From: Planctomycetia bacterium
Lineage (GTDB): Bacteria; Planctomycetota; Planctomycetia; Gemmatales; Gemmataceae
Length of the DNA stretch: 46,125 nt
Direction of reading: 5' to 3'
Assembly: GCA_031387445.1 (NCBI GenBank)
Contig: JANNDF010000418.1
Coordinates: 1 to 46,125, forward strand
Part shown: positions 1 through 8,583 of the stretch, piece by piece
Numbering within the stretch: position 1 is the first letter of the stretch
Layout of the letters: every line of letters begins with the position of its first letter
Position numbers and translations under genes: made by a program
The notes under the pieces: model-generated
What the model saw: only the letters and a program-made list of their open reading frames with translations
Told to the model about the DNA's origin: nothing
Database searches by the model: none

Positions 1-198
1 GATGGACATCGAGCGATCAAGGATGAACTCTAGATCGCGGTCGCCGTAGGGTGCGTTGCACCCGCGGCGGGTGAGGGGGGGCATCACCTCACGGGAATCA
101 GGTTCTCCCATCAGGTCGCACTGTGATGCTCCGCCGCCGGACTGGGTTTCCGTCATCAGCATCGGGGCCGGTGTTCGCCGTAAGTCCTTGGCCGGCAT
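1..198 (-). CDS. 5' part of an unidentified CDS running off the left edge (hypothetical protein)
   Basis: Minus-strand ATG at 198-196 opens a frame with no stop through position 1 (MPAKDLRRTPAPMLMTETQSGGGASQCDLMGEPDSREVMPPLTRRGCNAPYGDRDLEFILDRSMSI...). No family recognised. Confidence 0.25.
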   Translation of the reverse strand, partial: MPAKDLRRTPAPMLMTETQSGGGASQCDLMGEPDSREVMPPLTRRGCNAPYGDRDLEFILDRSMSI

Positions 199-416
199 GG
201 GATCTTCCACGATTGGGACATGATTCCACGGATGGGTGGGGGGTGGTGGAATGAAACCATCCGGTTCCCTTGCCCTCCTCGTTCGCCCCACTATCATGGT
301 TCCTTTCCCCCCGCCTGCGGCGCCGGGGAAGCCGATCGAACCGCGGCGGTCACTCGCCGGACGAGCGGGTCGGCTCACACACTCCGACGCGGGCACAGCT
401 CCCGCAGGAATCCCCC

Positions 417-1202
417 ATGTCGAAGGCGATGGGCCTATTGGGCTTTAAGGTGGGCATGACCCAGGTGTTCAACGACGACGGCTCCGTCGAGCCGGTGACC
501 GTCATTGAACTGGGGCCGTGCCCGGTGCTGCAGATCAAGACGGCGGACGCCAAAGACGGCTACTTCGCCGTGCAACTCGGGTTCAAAGACAAGAAGCGGA
601 AGAACGCCATCCGCGCCGAACAGGGGCACGTGGCGAAGGGGCTGACCAGCAAGCGGAAGGACTCCCGCATGAAGGCCGGCGTGCAACTGCCGCCGAAGGC
701 CGACTGCGAGCCGCAGAAGCACATCCGCGAGTTCCGCCTGGACGCCGCCCCGACCGTGACCGTGGGTCAGGTGCTGAAGGTGGCCGACGTGTTCGCCGAC
801 GTGAAGGCGGTGGACGTGATCGGCACCAGCAAGGGCCGCGGGTACCAGGGGGTCATGAAGCGGCACAACTTCGACGGCCTGCCGGCGGCACACGGGGCGA
901 AGAAGGTCCACCGGCAAGCCGGTAGCACCTCGTCGCTGGCGAGCAACCGGGGTTCGGGTCGTCCGAAGAAGGGTCTGAAGCGGGCCGGTCAGTACGGGAA
1001 CACCCGCCGCACGGTGCGGAACCTGAAGGTGGTGCGGCTCGACCTGGAGAACAACCTGCTCCTGATCCGCGGGTCGGTGCCGGGGTTCAACGGGGCGTTC
1101 GTGATGGTGCGGCCGACGAACAAGATGACCAGCCGGTACGTCCGCGGGGTGGTGCAGCAAGAGGTGAAGAGCAAGATCGTGCTCCAGAAGAAGGGCAAGT
1201 AA
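417..1202 (+). CDS. rplC: 50S ribosomal protein L3
   Basis: The part of ORF 270..1202 from the ATG at 417 reads MSKAMGLLGFKVGMTQVFNDDGSVEPVTVIELGPCPVLQIKT...GTSKGRGYQGVMKRHNF, the canonical L3 N-terminus and central motif. An alternative start is the ATG at 429 (MGLLG). The upstream part of the ORF is Arg/Pro junk. Confidence 0.9.
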   Translation: MSKAMGLLGFKVGMTQVFNDDGSVEPVTVIELGPCPVLQIKTADAKDGYFAVQLGFKDKKRKNAIRAEQGHVAKGLTSKRKDSRMKAGVQLPPKADCEPQKHIREFRLDAAPTVTVGQVLKVADVFADVKAVDVIGTSKGRGYQGVMKRHNFDGLPAAHGAKKVHRQAGSTSSLASNRGSGRPKKGLKRAGQYGNTRRTVRNLKVVRLDLENNLLLIRGSVPGFNGAFVMVRPTNKMTSRYVRGVVQQEVKSKIVLQKKGK

Positions 1203-1234
1203 CGTCGCCCCGTCGGGCGCGCGGTTCGTAAGAC

Positions 1235-1275
1235 AACGCCCAGGCACGCCGGTGTGCCTGGGCGTTTCCGTTTTC
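1235..1275 (+). terminator. Rho-independent terminator after rplC
   Basis: Perfect 13-bp stem AACGCCCAGGCAC (1235-1247) / GTGCCTGGGCGTT (1254-1266), 6-nt loop, followed by TCCGTTTT. Confidence 0.6.
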
Positions 1276-1292
1276 CCCCCTCTCGGTTGGCC

Positions 1293-3131
1293 ATGCCCGA
1301 CCCACTGCCCGAGTTGCTCGCCGCCGCCAAGCGGTCGCCGACCGACGACGCCCCGCGGCGGGCGCTGGCCGACCACCTGTCCGCCGCCGGCGACCCGGAG
1401 CGGGCCGAGTTCATCCGCCTGCAACTGGCCCAAACGGACGACGGCGAGTGGCACCCGAACCAGTGCGAGGAGGTCGTCGCCCTCGGCCGGCTGTTGAAGA
1501 AGAACGTTCGCCGGTGGGCCGGGGTGCCGTACAGCGGGCCGCACTGGTTCAAGTTCACCGACCGCCCGACGAGTGAGGACGACACCCCGCACGCCAGCGG
1601 GCGGTTCGACCGCGGGCTGCTGCGGCTGACCGGGCCGGCTACGGTGGTGCGGGCGGCACTCGACCGCCTGCCGGCGGGGCAGGGCGAGTGGCTGGAGACG
1701 CTCGACCTGAACGGCGTGGCGTCGGCGGCCGACCTGCGGGCGTTGATGAGCCACCCGCACGGCCGGCACGCCACCGCGTTCGACGTGGCGGCCGAGGACG
1801 ACGCGCCGGCGGACGTGTTCGACCCGCTCGACCAGGCCGCCGTGCGGGAACTGCGGCTGACCGGCACCAGCGGGGCGATGCTGCGGCGGGTGACGGAGTT
1901 CAAGGCCGCCCGCCCGCACAAACTGAGTGTCGAGTTCGACAGCGACGACCCGGCCTCCGCCGAGGCATTTCTCGCGTCGCCCGTGCTGGCCGACGTGCGT
2001 GCCGCCGAATTCGGACTGGAAGGCCAGGACCCGAAACGGCTCGCCGAAATCGCCCGCGCGCCGCACCTCCGCGCGCTGACCGACCTGTTCCTGAGCGGCG
2101 ACCAGTTCCCGCAACCGCTGCTCCGCGACCTGTTCGCCTCCGACGCGGTGAAGCACCTCCGCCGGCTGACCATCAGCGGGTATGCCGGGCACCTGACCGG
2201 CGTGACCGAAGCGCTGGTGAAGGGCGGGGCTGCGCGGCACCTCACCGACCTCGACCTGGGGTTCAACGTGGTGAGCACCGACGAGGCCGTCGCCCTCGCC
2301 AAGTCGGACCTGCTCGCCGGCGTGCGAAGCCTCGACTTCGGCAGCGGTGAACTCACCTCCGCCGGGGTCATCGCCATCGCCCAGTCGCCGAACGCGGCCA
2401 ACCTCACCCGCCTCGGCCTGTCGAACACGCACGTCGGCGAGGACGCCGTGTTCGCCCTGGCCCAGTCGCCGCACCTGAAGAACCTCCGCGAACTCGACCT
2501 GTGCCGGTGCGGGGTGACCGCCAAGTCGCTCCGCTCCCTGGCCCAGTCGCCGCACCTGGCGAACCTGGAGCGGCTCGACCTGTCCATGAACCCGCTGCCG
2601 CCGTTCGCCCTGGACGCGCTGAGCAACTCCCGCACGCTCGGCAAGCTGAAGCACCTCGCCCTGCGGCAACTGGTGATCGCCAACGACACGTTCGACCGCC
2701 TGTTCCGCTCGCCCGTCACCGCCCAACTGGAACAACTCGACCTGCAAGGGGCCATGCTGAGCAAGGCCAAGTTGCGGGGGCTGGTGGAGGCGACCAGCCT
2801 CGGCCGGCTGCGGAAGCTGACGCTCGGCGAGAACATCCTGATGACAGGCGAGATCGACGTGCTGGGCGAAGCCGGCTGGCTGCCGCAACTGGCCGACCTC
2901 GCCCTGTACAACACCAAGATGACTGACGCCGGGGTGAAGGCGCTGACGGCCGCGCTCACCCCCGGCCGGCTGGGGCGACTGGATTTGAGCCGAAACCTCC
3001 TCACGGACGAGTCGGCCGAGGTGTTATTGAAATGGGCCGGGTTGAGCGGGCTGACCGACCTGTCGCTATACCAGAGCGGCATGAGCGACCCGCCGGCCGA
3101 AAAGGTGCGGCGGGCGGCATGGGGATCTTAG
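1293..3131 (+). CDS. TIGR02996-type N-terminal domain fused to leucine-rich repeats (ribonuclease-inhibitor-like LRR protein)
   Basis: From the ATG at 1293: MPDPLPELLAAAKRSPTDDAPRRALADHLSAAGDPERAEFIRLQLAQ, the Gemmata/myxobacterial repeat-companion domain. It is followed by repeated LAQSPHL.NL..LDLS.N.. units. Confidence 0.8.
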   Translation: MPDPLPELLAAAKRSPTDDAPRRALADHLSAAGDPERAEFIRLQLAQTDDGEWHPNQCEEVVALGRLLKKNVRRWAGVPYSGPHWFKFTDRPTSEDDTPHASGRFDRGLLRLTGPATVVRAALDRLPAGQGEWLETLDLNGVASAADLRALMSHPHGRHATAFDVAAEDDAPADVFDPLDQAAVRELRLTGTSGAMLRRVTEFKAARPHKLSVEFDSDDPASAEAFLASPVLADVRAAEFGLEGQDPKRLAEIARAPHLRALTDLFLSGDQFPQPLLRDLFASDAVKHLRRLTISGYAGHLTGVTEALVKGGAARHLTDLDLGFNVVSTDEAVALAKSDLLAGVRSLDFGSGELTSAGVIAIAQSPNAANLTRLGLSNTHVGEDAVFALAQSPHLKNLRELDLCRCGVTAKSLRSLAQSPHLANLERLDLSMNPLPPFALDALSNSRTLGKLKHLALRQLVIANDTFDRLFRSPVTAQLEQLDLQGAMLSKAKLRGLVEATSLGRLRKLTLGENILMTGEIDVLGEAGWLPQLADLALYNTKMTDAGVKALTAALTPGRLGRLDLSRNLLTDESAEVLLKWAGLSGLTDLSLYQSGMSDPPAEKVRRAAWGS

Positions 3132-3208
3132 GGTGGCCGACTCTCCGAGAGTCGGTTCTGATGTCGCTCTCGGAGAGAGCGACCCACCCTATCTCGAGGG
3201 GCACACGC

Positions 3209-4042
3209 ATGAACCGTTTCGCCACACTTTTGCTCCTGGCGGCGTCCGCCGGCCTGTTGGTCGGGTGCGGGGAGAAGCCGGCGCCGATCATCGAGGCGAA
3301 GGCGATCGACAAGCCGAAGGCGGACGACAACGAACTGAAGACGCCGGCCAGGCCCGAAGCGTCCGACCCGGACGCCAAGAGACTGCTCGACGAAATGCTC
3401 GCCGCCCACACCGGCGGTCAGCCGGACAGGCTGGCCGCGCTGAAGGAGTGCTCGTTCACTCGCAAGGGCTACCAGGAGAGCACGGCCGGGCGGTTCCCGG
3501 CCACCTGGACCCGCCACCTGAGTTGGCCGGGCGGCTACCGCCTCCGCGTCGATCTCGACCTGGGCGGCGGTGTGAACCAGCAACTGCTGTTCGCATTCGG
3601 TTCGTCGGGGGCGTGGCGGGCGAGCGGCGGCGACAAGGTGAAGACCCCGCTCGGCACGGACGACCGCGCCGACGTGACCGCGCAGTGCCACGAAGACGCC
3701 CTCGCCCTGCTGTTCCCCTTCACCGACCCGGCCGTGCTGGTGAGCAAAGCGGACGGCAAAGACCCGAGCGTGGGCGAACTGCACGCCTGGGTGCCGGCGA
3801 GCGGGTACGTGCGGGTGAGCATCGACGCCAAGACGAAACTGCTCGCCCGCCTGGCGTACAACGGCCGCGAGATGGCCGTGCCGGTGATGAAGGAGTTGAC
3901 CTTCGCCGAGCACAAGGAGTTCGCCGGAGTGAAGTTGGCCACGAAGGTGCAAGTGCGGACGAAGGCGAAACCCCTGGGCGAGTGGACCGACCTGACGCTC
4001 GACGTGGTCAAACCCGACCCGAAACTGTTCGACGGTCCGTGA
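3209..4042 (+). CDS. Lipoprotein, function unknown
   Basis: The internal ATG at 3209 gives MNRFATLLLLAASAGLLVGCGEK (signal peptide plus lipobox LVGC). Coding-like composition continues to the stop at 4042. Confidence 0.7.
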   Translation: MNRFATLLLLAASAGLLVGCGEKPAPIIEAKAIDKPKADDNELKTPARPEASDPDAKRLLDEMLAAHTGGQPDRLAALKECSFTRKGYQESTAGRFPATWTRHLSWPGGYRLRVDLDLGGGVNQQLLFAFGSSGAWRASGGDKVKTPLGTDDRADVTAQCHEDALALLFPFTDPAVLVSKADGKDPSVGELHAWVPASGYVRVSIDAKTKLLARLAYNGREMAVPVMKELTFAEHKEFAGVKLATKVQVRTKAKPLGEWTDLTLDVVKPDPKLFDGP

Positions 4043-4079
4043 CCCGCCCCGACCCGGCGGTGCGCCTATCATCCCTTAC

Positions 4080-4481
4080 ATGAGCACCACCACCGTCCGC
4101 CGCACCATCTTCTACGACGGCCTGTGCCACCTGTGCGCGACCGAGATCGGCCTGTTCCAGAAGCGGGTGACGGACGGCTCGCTCGCCTACATCGACATCT
4201 CGCTCCCCGACTTCGACCCGGCCGCCCACGGGATCGATGCCGTGCGGGTGCAGAAGCACATGCACGTCCGCGACGAGGCGAGCGGGACGATGCTGTTCGG
4301 CGTCGATGCGCTGGCCGGCATGTGGGAGTGCGTGCCGGGGTTCCGCTGGCTGGCGAAACTCACCCGGCTGCCGGTGTTGAACTGGTTCGCCCGCATCGGG
4401 TACGCCGTGTTCGCCTGGGTCCGCCCAATGCTGCCGAAGAAGAAACGCCCGGCGTGCGACACCGGGCGGTGCGCGATTTAG
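4080..4481 (+). CDS. DCC-family thiol-disulfide oxidoreductase (DUF393)
   Basis: N-terminal IFYDGLCHLCATEI (YDG-x-C-x-L-C signature); 133 aa, the typical size. Confidence 0.8.
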   Translation: MSTTTVRRTIFYDGLCHLCATEIGLFQKRVTDGSLAYIDISLPDFDPAAHGIDAVRVQKHMHVRDEASGTMLFGVDALAGMWECVPGFRWLAKLTRLPVLNWFARIGYAVFAWVRPMLPKKKRPACDTGRCAI

Positions 4482-4549
4482 GGCGAGCCGTGCCCCGTGT
4501 GGGGCCGGGTGGAATCCCAACACCCGGCCCTCACGGGGCGCGGCTCGCC
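4482..4549. repeat. Long GC-rich imperfect hairpin (about 28-bp stem) directly after the DCC stop codon
   Basis: GGCGAGCCGTGCCCCGTGTGGGGCCGGGTG (4482-4511) pairs with CACCCGGCCCTCACGGGGCGCGGCTCGCC (4521-4549), with one G-U, one mismatch, one bulge and a 9-nt loop. No U-tract follows. Confidence 0.5.
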
Positions 4550-4670
4550 GAGGCCGCAACTCCTCCCCACTTTCTCCGCCCGTTCTCACTTTCCCAGTCT
4601 CGGTTCCCCGAGTTCTCATAAATAAAGGGGTAAACTACCGCGTGGTTCTCGCCCGCCGGAACACCCGCAC

Positions 4671-6386
4671 ATGCAGTTGATCGACACCCTCGCGGATCGC
4701 GGCCTCCTGTCCGAAGGCGACCGCGCCCGCGCGCTCGAAGCCGTGTCCGCCGCGTCCGACCGCCCCCCGCACATCACCCTTCTCGAAAAGGGGTTCATCA
4801 AGGAGGAGGCGCTCTTCCCCGCCCTCGCCGACGAGTTCGGGTTGCAGTTCGTCGACCTGACTGTGGCGACGGTCGAGCCGGCCGCCCTCGTGGGCATCCC
4901 GCAGAAACTGGTTCACAAGAAGAACCTGATGCCGCTGGCGCGGAGCAACGGCACACTGGTGGTGGCCACCGGCGACCCGTTTGACTCCTACGCCCTGGAC
5001 GAACTGCAGACCATCACCGGACTGCAAATTCACCCGGTGCTCGGCAGCCCGAAGGAGATCGCACGCCTGCTGAAGATGCACTTCGGCATCGGCGGCGACA
5101 ACGTCGCCGGGCTGATGGCTTCGGCCAAGAAAGAAGACGACATTGAGTTGTTGGAAAACATCGAGGCGGACGACAGCGAGGCGGCCAAGCAGGCCCAGGA
5201 AGCCACGGTGGTCGGGCTGGTGAACAAGATCCTCATCGAGGCGGCGTCGGAGCGGGCGTCGGACGTGCACATCGAGCACGAAGAGACGGGCATCACCGTC
5301 CGCTACCGCATCGACGGGTTGCTCCAGAGTCAGCGGCTGCCGCCGGAGATCAACCGCTGGTCGGCGGCCATCGTCAGCCGCCTGAAGATCATGGCCCGCC
5401 TGAACATCGCCGAGAAGCGGCTGCCGCAGGACGGCCGCATCAAGATGAAGGTGCAGGGCCGCGAGGTGGACGTGCGGGTGAGCATCATCCCCATGATCCA
5501 CGGGGAGGGGATCGTCATGCGGCTCCTGGACAAGGGCCGCATGGTGTTCAACCTGAAGAACATCGGCTTCCTGCCCGACTACGACAAGAAGTTCCGGCAG
5601 ATGATCGACCGCCCGCACGGCATCGTCATCGTGACCGGGCCGACCGGGTCCGGCAAATCGACCACCCTGTATTCCGCGCTGAACGAGGTGAAGGACGAGT
5701 CGACCAAGATCATCACCGTCGAAGACCCGGTGGAATACCAGCAGGCGGGCATCTGCCAGATCCAGACGCACGCCAAGATCGGGCTGACGTTCGCCTCCAG
5801 CCTGCGGAGCATCCTGCGGCACGACCCGGACATCATCCTGATCGGCGAGATGCGAGACCTGGAGACGGCCGAAGCCGCCATCCAGGCGAGCCTGACCGGG
5901 CACCTGGTGTTCAGCACCCTGCACACGAATGACGCGCCCAGCGCGTTCACCCGCCTGATCGACATGAAGGTGGAGCCGTTCCTGGTGGCCAGCACGGTGG
6001 AAGGGGTGCTGGCGCAACGGCTGGTGCGGACCATCTGCCCGGAGTGCCGGACGACGTTCGTGCCGACCGGCGAGGACGAACTGCCCATCGACTTCCCGAA
6101 GGTGAACCCGGCCACCAACGAGCCGTGGGAGCACCTGTCCAAGGGTACCGGCTGCCGCAACTGTCGCAACAGCGGCTACCGCGGGCGGACGGGCATCCAC
6201 GAGTTGCTGGTGAACACGGACGTGGTGAAAGACCTGATCGTGCAGAAGGTGAACGCCTCGGTCATCCGCATGGAGGCCCTCAAGCAGGGCATGCGGACGC
6301 TCCGGCAGGACGGGTTCTGGAAGTGCCTGAACGGCACGACCACGCTCGACGAGGTGGGCCGGACGACGGCGGGCGACTTGTCGTAG
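4671..6386 (+). CDS. GspE/PilB-family secretion ATPase (type II secretion / type IV pilus assembly)
   Basis: Walker A GPTGSGKSTT, Asp box, Walker B ILIGEMRD, His box, tetracysteine CPEC...CRNCRNSGYRGRTGIHELL, and an N-terminal T2SSE_N-like domain. Confidence 0.92.
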   Translation: MQLIDTLADRGLLSEGDRARALEAVSAASDRPPHITLLEKGFIKEEALFPALADEFGLQFVDLTVATVEPAALVGIPQKLVHKKNLMPLARSNGTLVVATGDPFDSYALDELQTITGLQIHPVLGSPKEIARLLKMHFGIGGDNVAGLMASAKKEDDIELLENIEADDSEAAKQAQEATVVGLVNKILIEAASERASDVHIEHEETGITVRYRIDGLLQSQRLPPEINRWSAAIVSRLKIMARLNIAEKRLPQDGRIKMKVQGREVDVRVSIIPMIHGEGIVMRLLDKGRMVFNLKNIGFLPDYDKKFRQMIDRPHGIVIVTGPTGSGKSTTLYSALNEVKDESTKIITVEDPVEYQQAGICQIQTHAKIGLTFASSLRSILRHDPDIILIGEMRDLETAEAAIQASLTGHLVFSTLHTNDAPSAFTRLIDMKVEPFLVASTVEGVLAQRLVRTICPECRTTFVPTGEDELPIDFPKVNPATNEPWEHLSKGTGCRNCRNSGYRGRTGIHELLVNTDVVKDLIVQKVNASVIRMEALKQGMRTLRQDGFWKCLNGTTTLDEVGRTTAGDLS

Positions 6387-6387
6387 T

Positions 6388-6511
6388 GCGGAATGCGGAG
6401 CGGGGAGTGCGGATTGTAAACCCGCAGTTCCCCTCCGCTCCCGTTCGAGTCGCGCCCGGCAAGTTGATCGGTCGATGTCTCTCATTCCGCACTCCCCGTT
6501 CCGCATTCCGC
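6388..6511. repeat. 26-bp inverted repeat bracketing the pilB-pilC intergenic spacer
   Basis: GCGGAATGCGGAGCGGGGAGTGCGGA (6388-6413) versus TCCGCACTCCCCGTTCCGCATTCCGC (6486-6511): 25/26 complementary, and the mismatch is G-U compatible. Each arm carries the hexamer TGCGGA/TCCGCA three times. Confidence 0.6.
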
Positions 6512-6520
6512 GTTCGACCT

Positions 6521-7741
6521 ATGCCTGACTTCAGCTACACCGCCCTGGCCACCACCGGCACAAAGAGCTACGGCACCGTCACCGCCGGGAACGAGCGGGA
6601 GGCGGCCGCCATGCTCGACGCCAAGGGCCTGTTCCCCATCTCGATTGCGATGGCGGCCGGCAGTTCGCCGGGCAAGTTCAGCCTGTTCGGCGGGGTGAGC
6701 GGGCGCCAACTGGCCACCATGTACGGCCAGTTGGCCGACCTGTTGCAAGCCGGCGTGCCGCTGCTGCGGTCGCTGGAACTGCTGGAACGGGCGACGACGA
6801 ACAAGCGGCTCCAGGCGGTCATGCGGGACGTGCGGATGAACGTGTCCGAGGGCACCGGACTGGCCCAGGCGATGGCCAAACACCCCCGCGTGTTCGACGA
6901 CCTGGTGGTCAGCATGGTGCGGGCCGGGCAGGAGGGCGGGTTCCTGGAGGACGTGCTCGCCCGCACGGCCGCGTTCGTCGAGCACCAGGAGGAGATGAAG
7001 GGCAAGGTGGTCGGGTCCATGGCCTATCCGGCCTTCCTGCTGGTGGCCGGCACCGCCGTGCTGCTCATCCTCATCGTCTTCTTCGTGCCCAAGTTCGAGC
7101 CGGTGTTCGAGGGGCTGAAGGCGAAGAACCGGCTGCCCGCGACCACCATCATCCTGCTCAACATCAGCCACGTGCTGACCAACCCGGTGTGGGCCATCCT
7201 GCTGGTGGTGTCGCTCGTCGGGGCGGGCGTCGGGTATAGCCTGTGGGCGCGGTCGGACGGCGGGCGGTGGATCATGGACAACATCAAGCTCCGCATCCCC
7301 ATCGCCGGCGGGCTGTTCCGCGGGTTGGCCCTGGCCCGGTTCACCCGCATCCTGGGCACCATGCTGACCAACGGCATCCCCATGCTGCGGGCGCTCAACA
7401 TCGCCAAAGATTCGGCCGGCAACCGGGTGATCGTGAAGGCCATCGAGGAGTCGGCCGAGAGCATCACGGCCGGGCAGAAGTTGGCCGACCCGCTCCGCCG
7501 CAACAAGCACTTCCCGACCGACGTGGTGGAGATGATCGCCATCGCCGAGGAGTCGAACAGCCTGGAGAAGGTGCTCATCAAGGTGTCCGACAGCCTAGAG
7601 CGGCGGACCACCAGCACGCTCGAACTGGCGGTCAAGCTGATCGAGCCGATGATGCTGTTCATTATGGCCGGGGTGGTGCTGTTCGTGGTGCTCGGTCTGC
7701 TGGAGCCCATCTTCCGCATGGGCGAGACGGTGCGAGGGTAG
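6521..7741 (+). CDS. GspF/PilC-family inner-membrane platform protein
   Basis: The ATG at 6521 (in frame inside ORF 6044..7741) gives MPDFSYTALATTGTKSYGTVTAGNEREAAAMLDAKGLFPISI. Two T2SF repeats and three TM segments. Immediately downstream of the ATPase. Confidence 0.9.
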   Translation: MPDFSYTALATTGTKSYGTVTAGNEREAAAMLDAKGLFPISIAMAAGSSPGKFSLFGGVSGRQLATMYGQLADLLQAGVPLLRSLELLERATTNKRLQAVMRDVRMNVSEGTGLAQAMAKHPRVFDDLVVSMVRAGQEGGFLEDVLARTAAFVEHQEEMKGKVVGSMAYPAFLLVAGTAVLLILIVFFVPKFEPVFEGLKAKNRLPATTIILLNISHVLTNPVWAILLVVSLVGAGVGYSLWARSDGGRWIMDNIKLRIPIAGGLFRGLALARFTRILGTMLTNGIPMLRALNIAKDSAGNRVIVKAIEESAESITAGQKLADPLRRNKHFPTDVVEMIAIAEESNSLEKVLIKVSDSLERRTTSTLELAVKLIEPMMLFIMAGVVLFVVLGLLEPIFRMGETVRG

Positions 7742-7902
7742 GCGGGCCTCGCCGCGTGCGTGCGAGCGGATGAAGTCCCGAAGGGACGACCGGGACTAGG
7801 CCGTGTGGACAGTGCGTCGGTGGTTCGGGTAACGTCGTAGGCGGCTTGTTCAATCATGCCCTATTCAGGGCGGTGGCCTTCGGTTTCGGTGGCGGGTAAA
7901 CG

Positions 7903-7933
7903 ACGAACCCCGCCGGGTGAGGACGGGGTTCGT
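7903..7933. terminator. Hairpin between convergent pilC and the small minus-strand gene (possible bidirectional terminator)
   Basis: ACGAACCCCG (7903-7912) / CGGGGTTCGT (7924-7933), 11-nt loop. Weak T-tract on the minus strand (CGTTTAC). Confidence 0.35.
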
Positions 7934-7950
7934 TGCCGCGTGGTTGTTGC

Positions 7951-8154
7951 TCACCAACGCGGGCGGGGTTGGACGATGGTGGGGGCCGACGGGGGCGGCA
8001 ACCTCCTCAGACTGCTCAGCGGGAAGGTGTCCTTCACCCGTTTCCCGTCCTTGCCATGCCACAAACAGACCGCTTCGTTGCCGTCCACACTGTCGAGGTG
8101 CATCGGCTGGGCATCCCCGACCATCGTCACTGTCTCACCCGGTTTCAAGTCCAT
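7951..8154 (-). CDS. Small DUF2158/YodC-like protein
   Basis: MDLKPGETVTMVGDAQPMHLDSVDGNEAVCLWHGKDGKRVKDTFPLSSL follows the YodC pattern (KxGD.V.l..g.P.M.v......v.C.W......k...F....L). Alternative starts at 8190 and 8220. Confidence 0.5.
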   Translation of the reverse strand: MDLKPGETVTMVGDAQPMHLDSVDGNEAVCLWHGKDGKRVKDTFPLSSLRRLPPPSAPTIVQPRPRW

Positions 8155-8451
8155 CGGTCGAACTCCGGCGGAAGGGAAAGGGGTAGCCATTGTAAATGCC
8201 CCGCGTGTCCCTTCAGGCAAGCGATACTGTTCTCTAGTCCACTAGTGGACAAGTGGCCCCAATGCCAAAGGTCGCTTTCGCGTCCTCTCGTCTCGGAATA
8301 CCCACGAAATCACCGCATTCGGCCCACGTTCGGTGTGAGGACTGCCAAATTCCGCTGCCACGGCTGTCACTCTGACAGAAAGGCGGAACCGCTCCACAGA
8401 CACGCATGGCGTCGAAGTGGTGCCCTCATCCGGGCTGGTGTCGTTATTCGG

Positions 8452-8486
8452 TGACACCGGCTGACAACTGCTGACACTCAATGACA
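8452..8486. promoter_or_regulatory. Four TGACA pentamers at exact 10-bp spacing
   Basis: TGACA begins at 8452, 8462, 8472 and 8482 (gTGACAccggcTGACAactgcTGACActcaaTGACAag), in a lower-GC non-coding stretch. Confidence 0.4.
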
Positions 8487-8548
8487 AGTTGGAGCGAATG
8501 CCGGAAGTGCGTGACCGCGAGATAAGCCTTACGGGGCAAGGAGATACG

Positions 8549-8576
8549 AAAAAACCCCCACCGTTTCGGGTGGGGG
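8549..8576 (-). terminator. Rho-independent terminator (minus strand)
   Basis: 8-bp stem CCCCCACC (8555-8562) / GGTGGGGG (8569-8576), 6-nt loop. On the minus strand it is followed by TTTTTT (8554-8549). It lies 8 nt past the tRNA-like 3' end. Confidence 0.6.
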
Positions 8577-8583
8577 TCTTGAG

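Noticed and set aside
435-3082. Very long minus-strand ORFs (435..2888, 817 aa; 989..3082, 697 aa) opposite rplC and the LRR gene
   Set aside because: Their translations are Arg/Gly/Pro/Ala low-complexity text with no motifs. They are antisense shadows of clearly recognisable plus-strand genes, as expected when stop codons are rare in very GC-rich DNA.
4635-7857. Antisense or alternative-frame ORFs over pilB/pilC (4635..6506, 6482..7510, 7024..7857 and others)
   Set aside because: Same shadow-ORF signature. The plus-strand frames carry complete GspE and GspF motifs.
7856-8487. ORFs 7856..8245(+), 7933..8454(+) and 8242..8487(-) in the lower-GC stretch
   Set aside because: No motifs, and inconsistent codon bias. 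The stretch is treated as non-coding/regulatory apart from the YodC-like gene. A structured ncRNA cannot be excluded, but I could not recognise one (6S, tmRNA, RNase P and SRP patterns were not seen).
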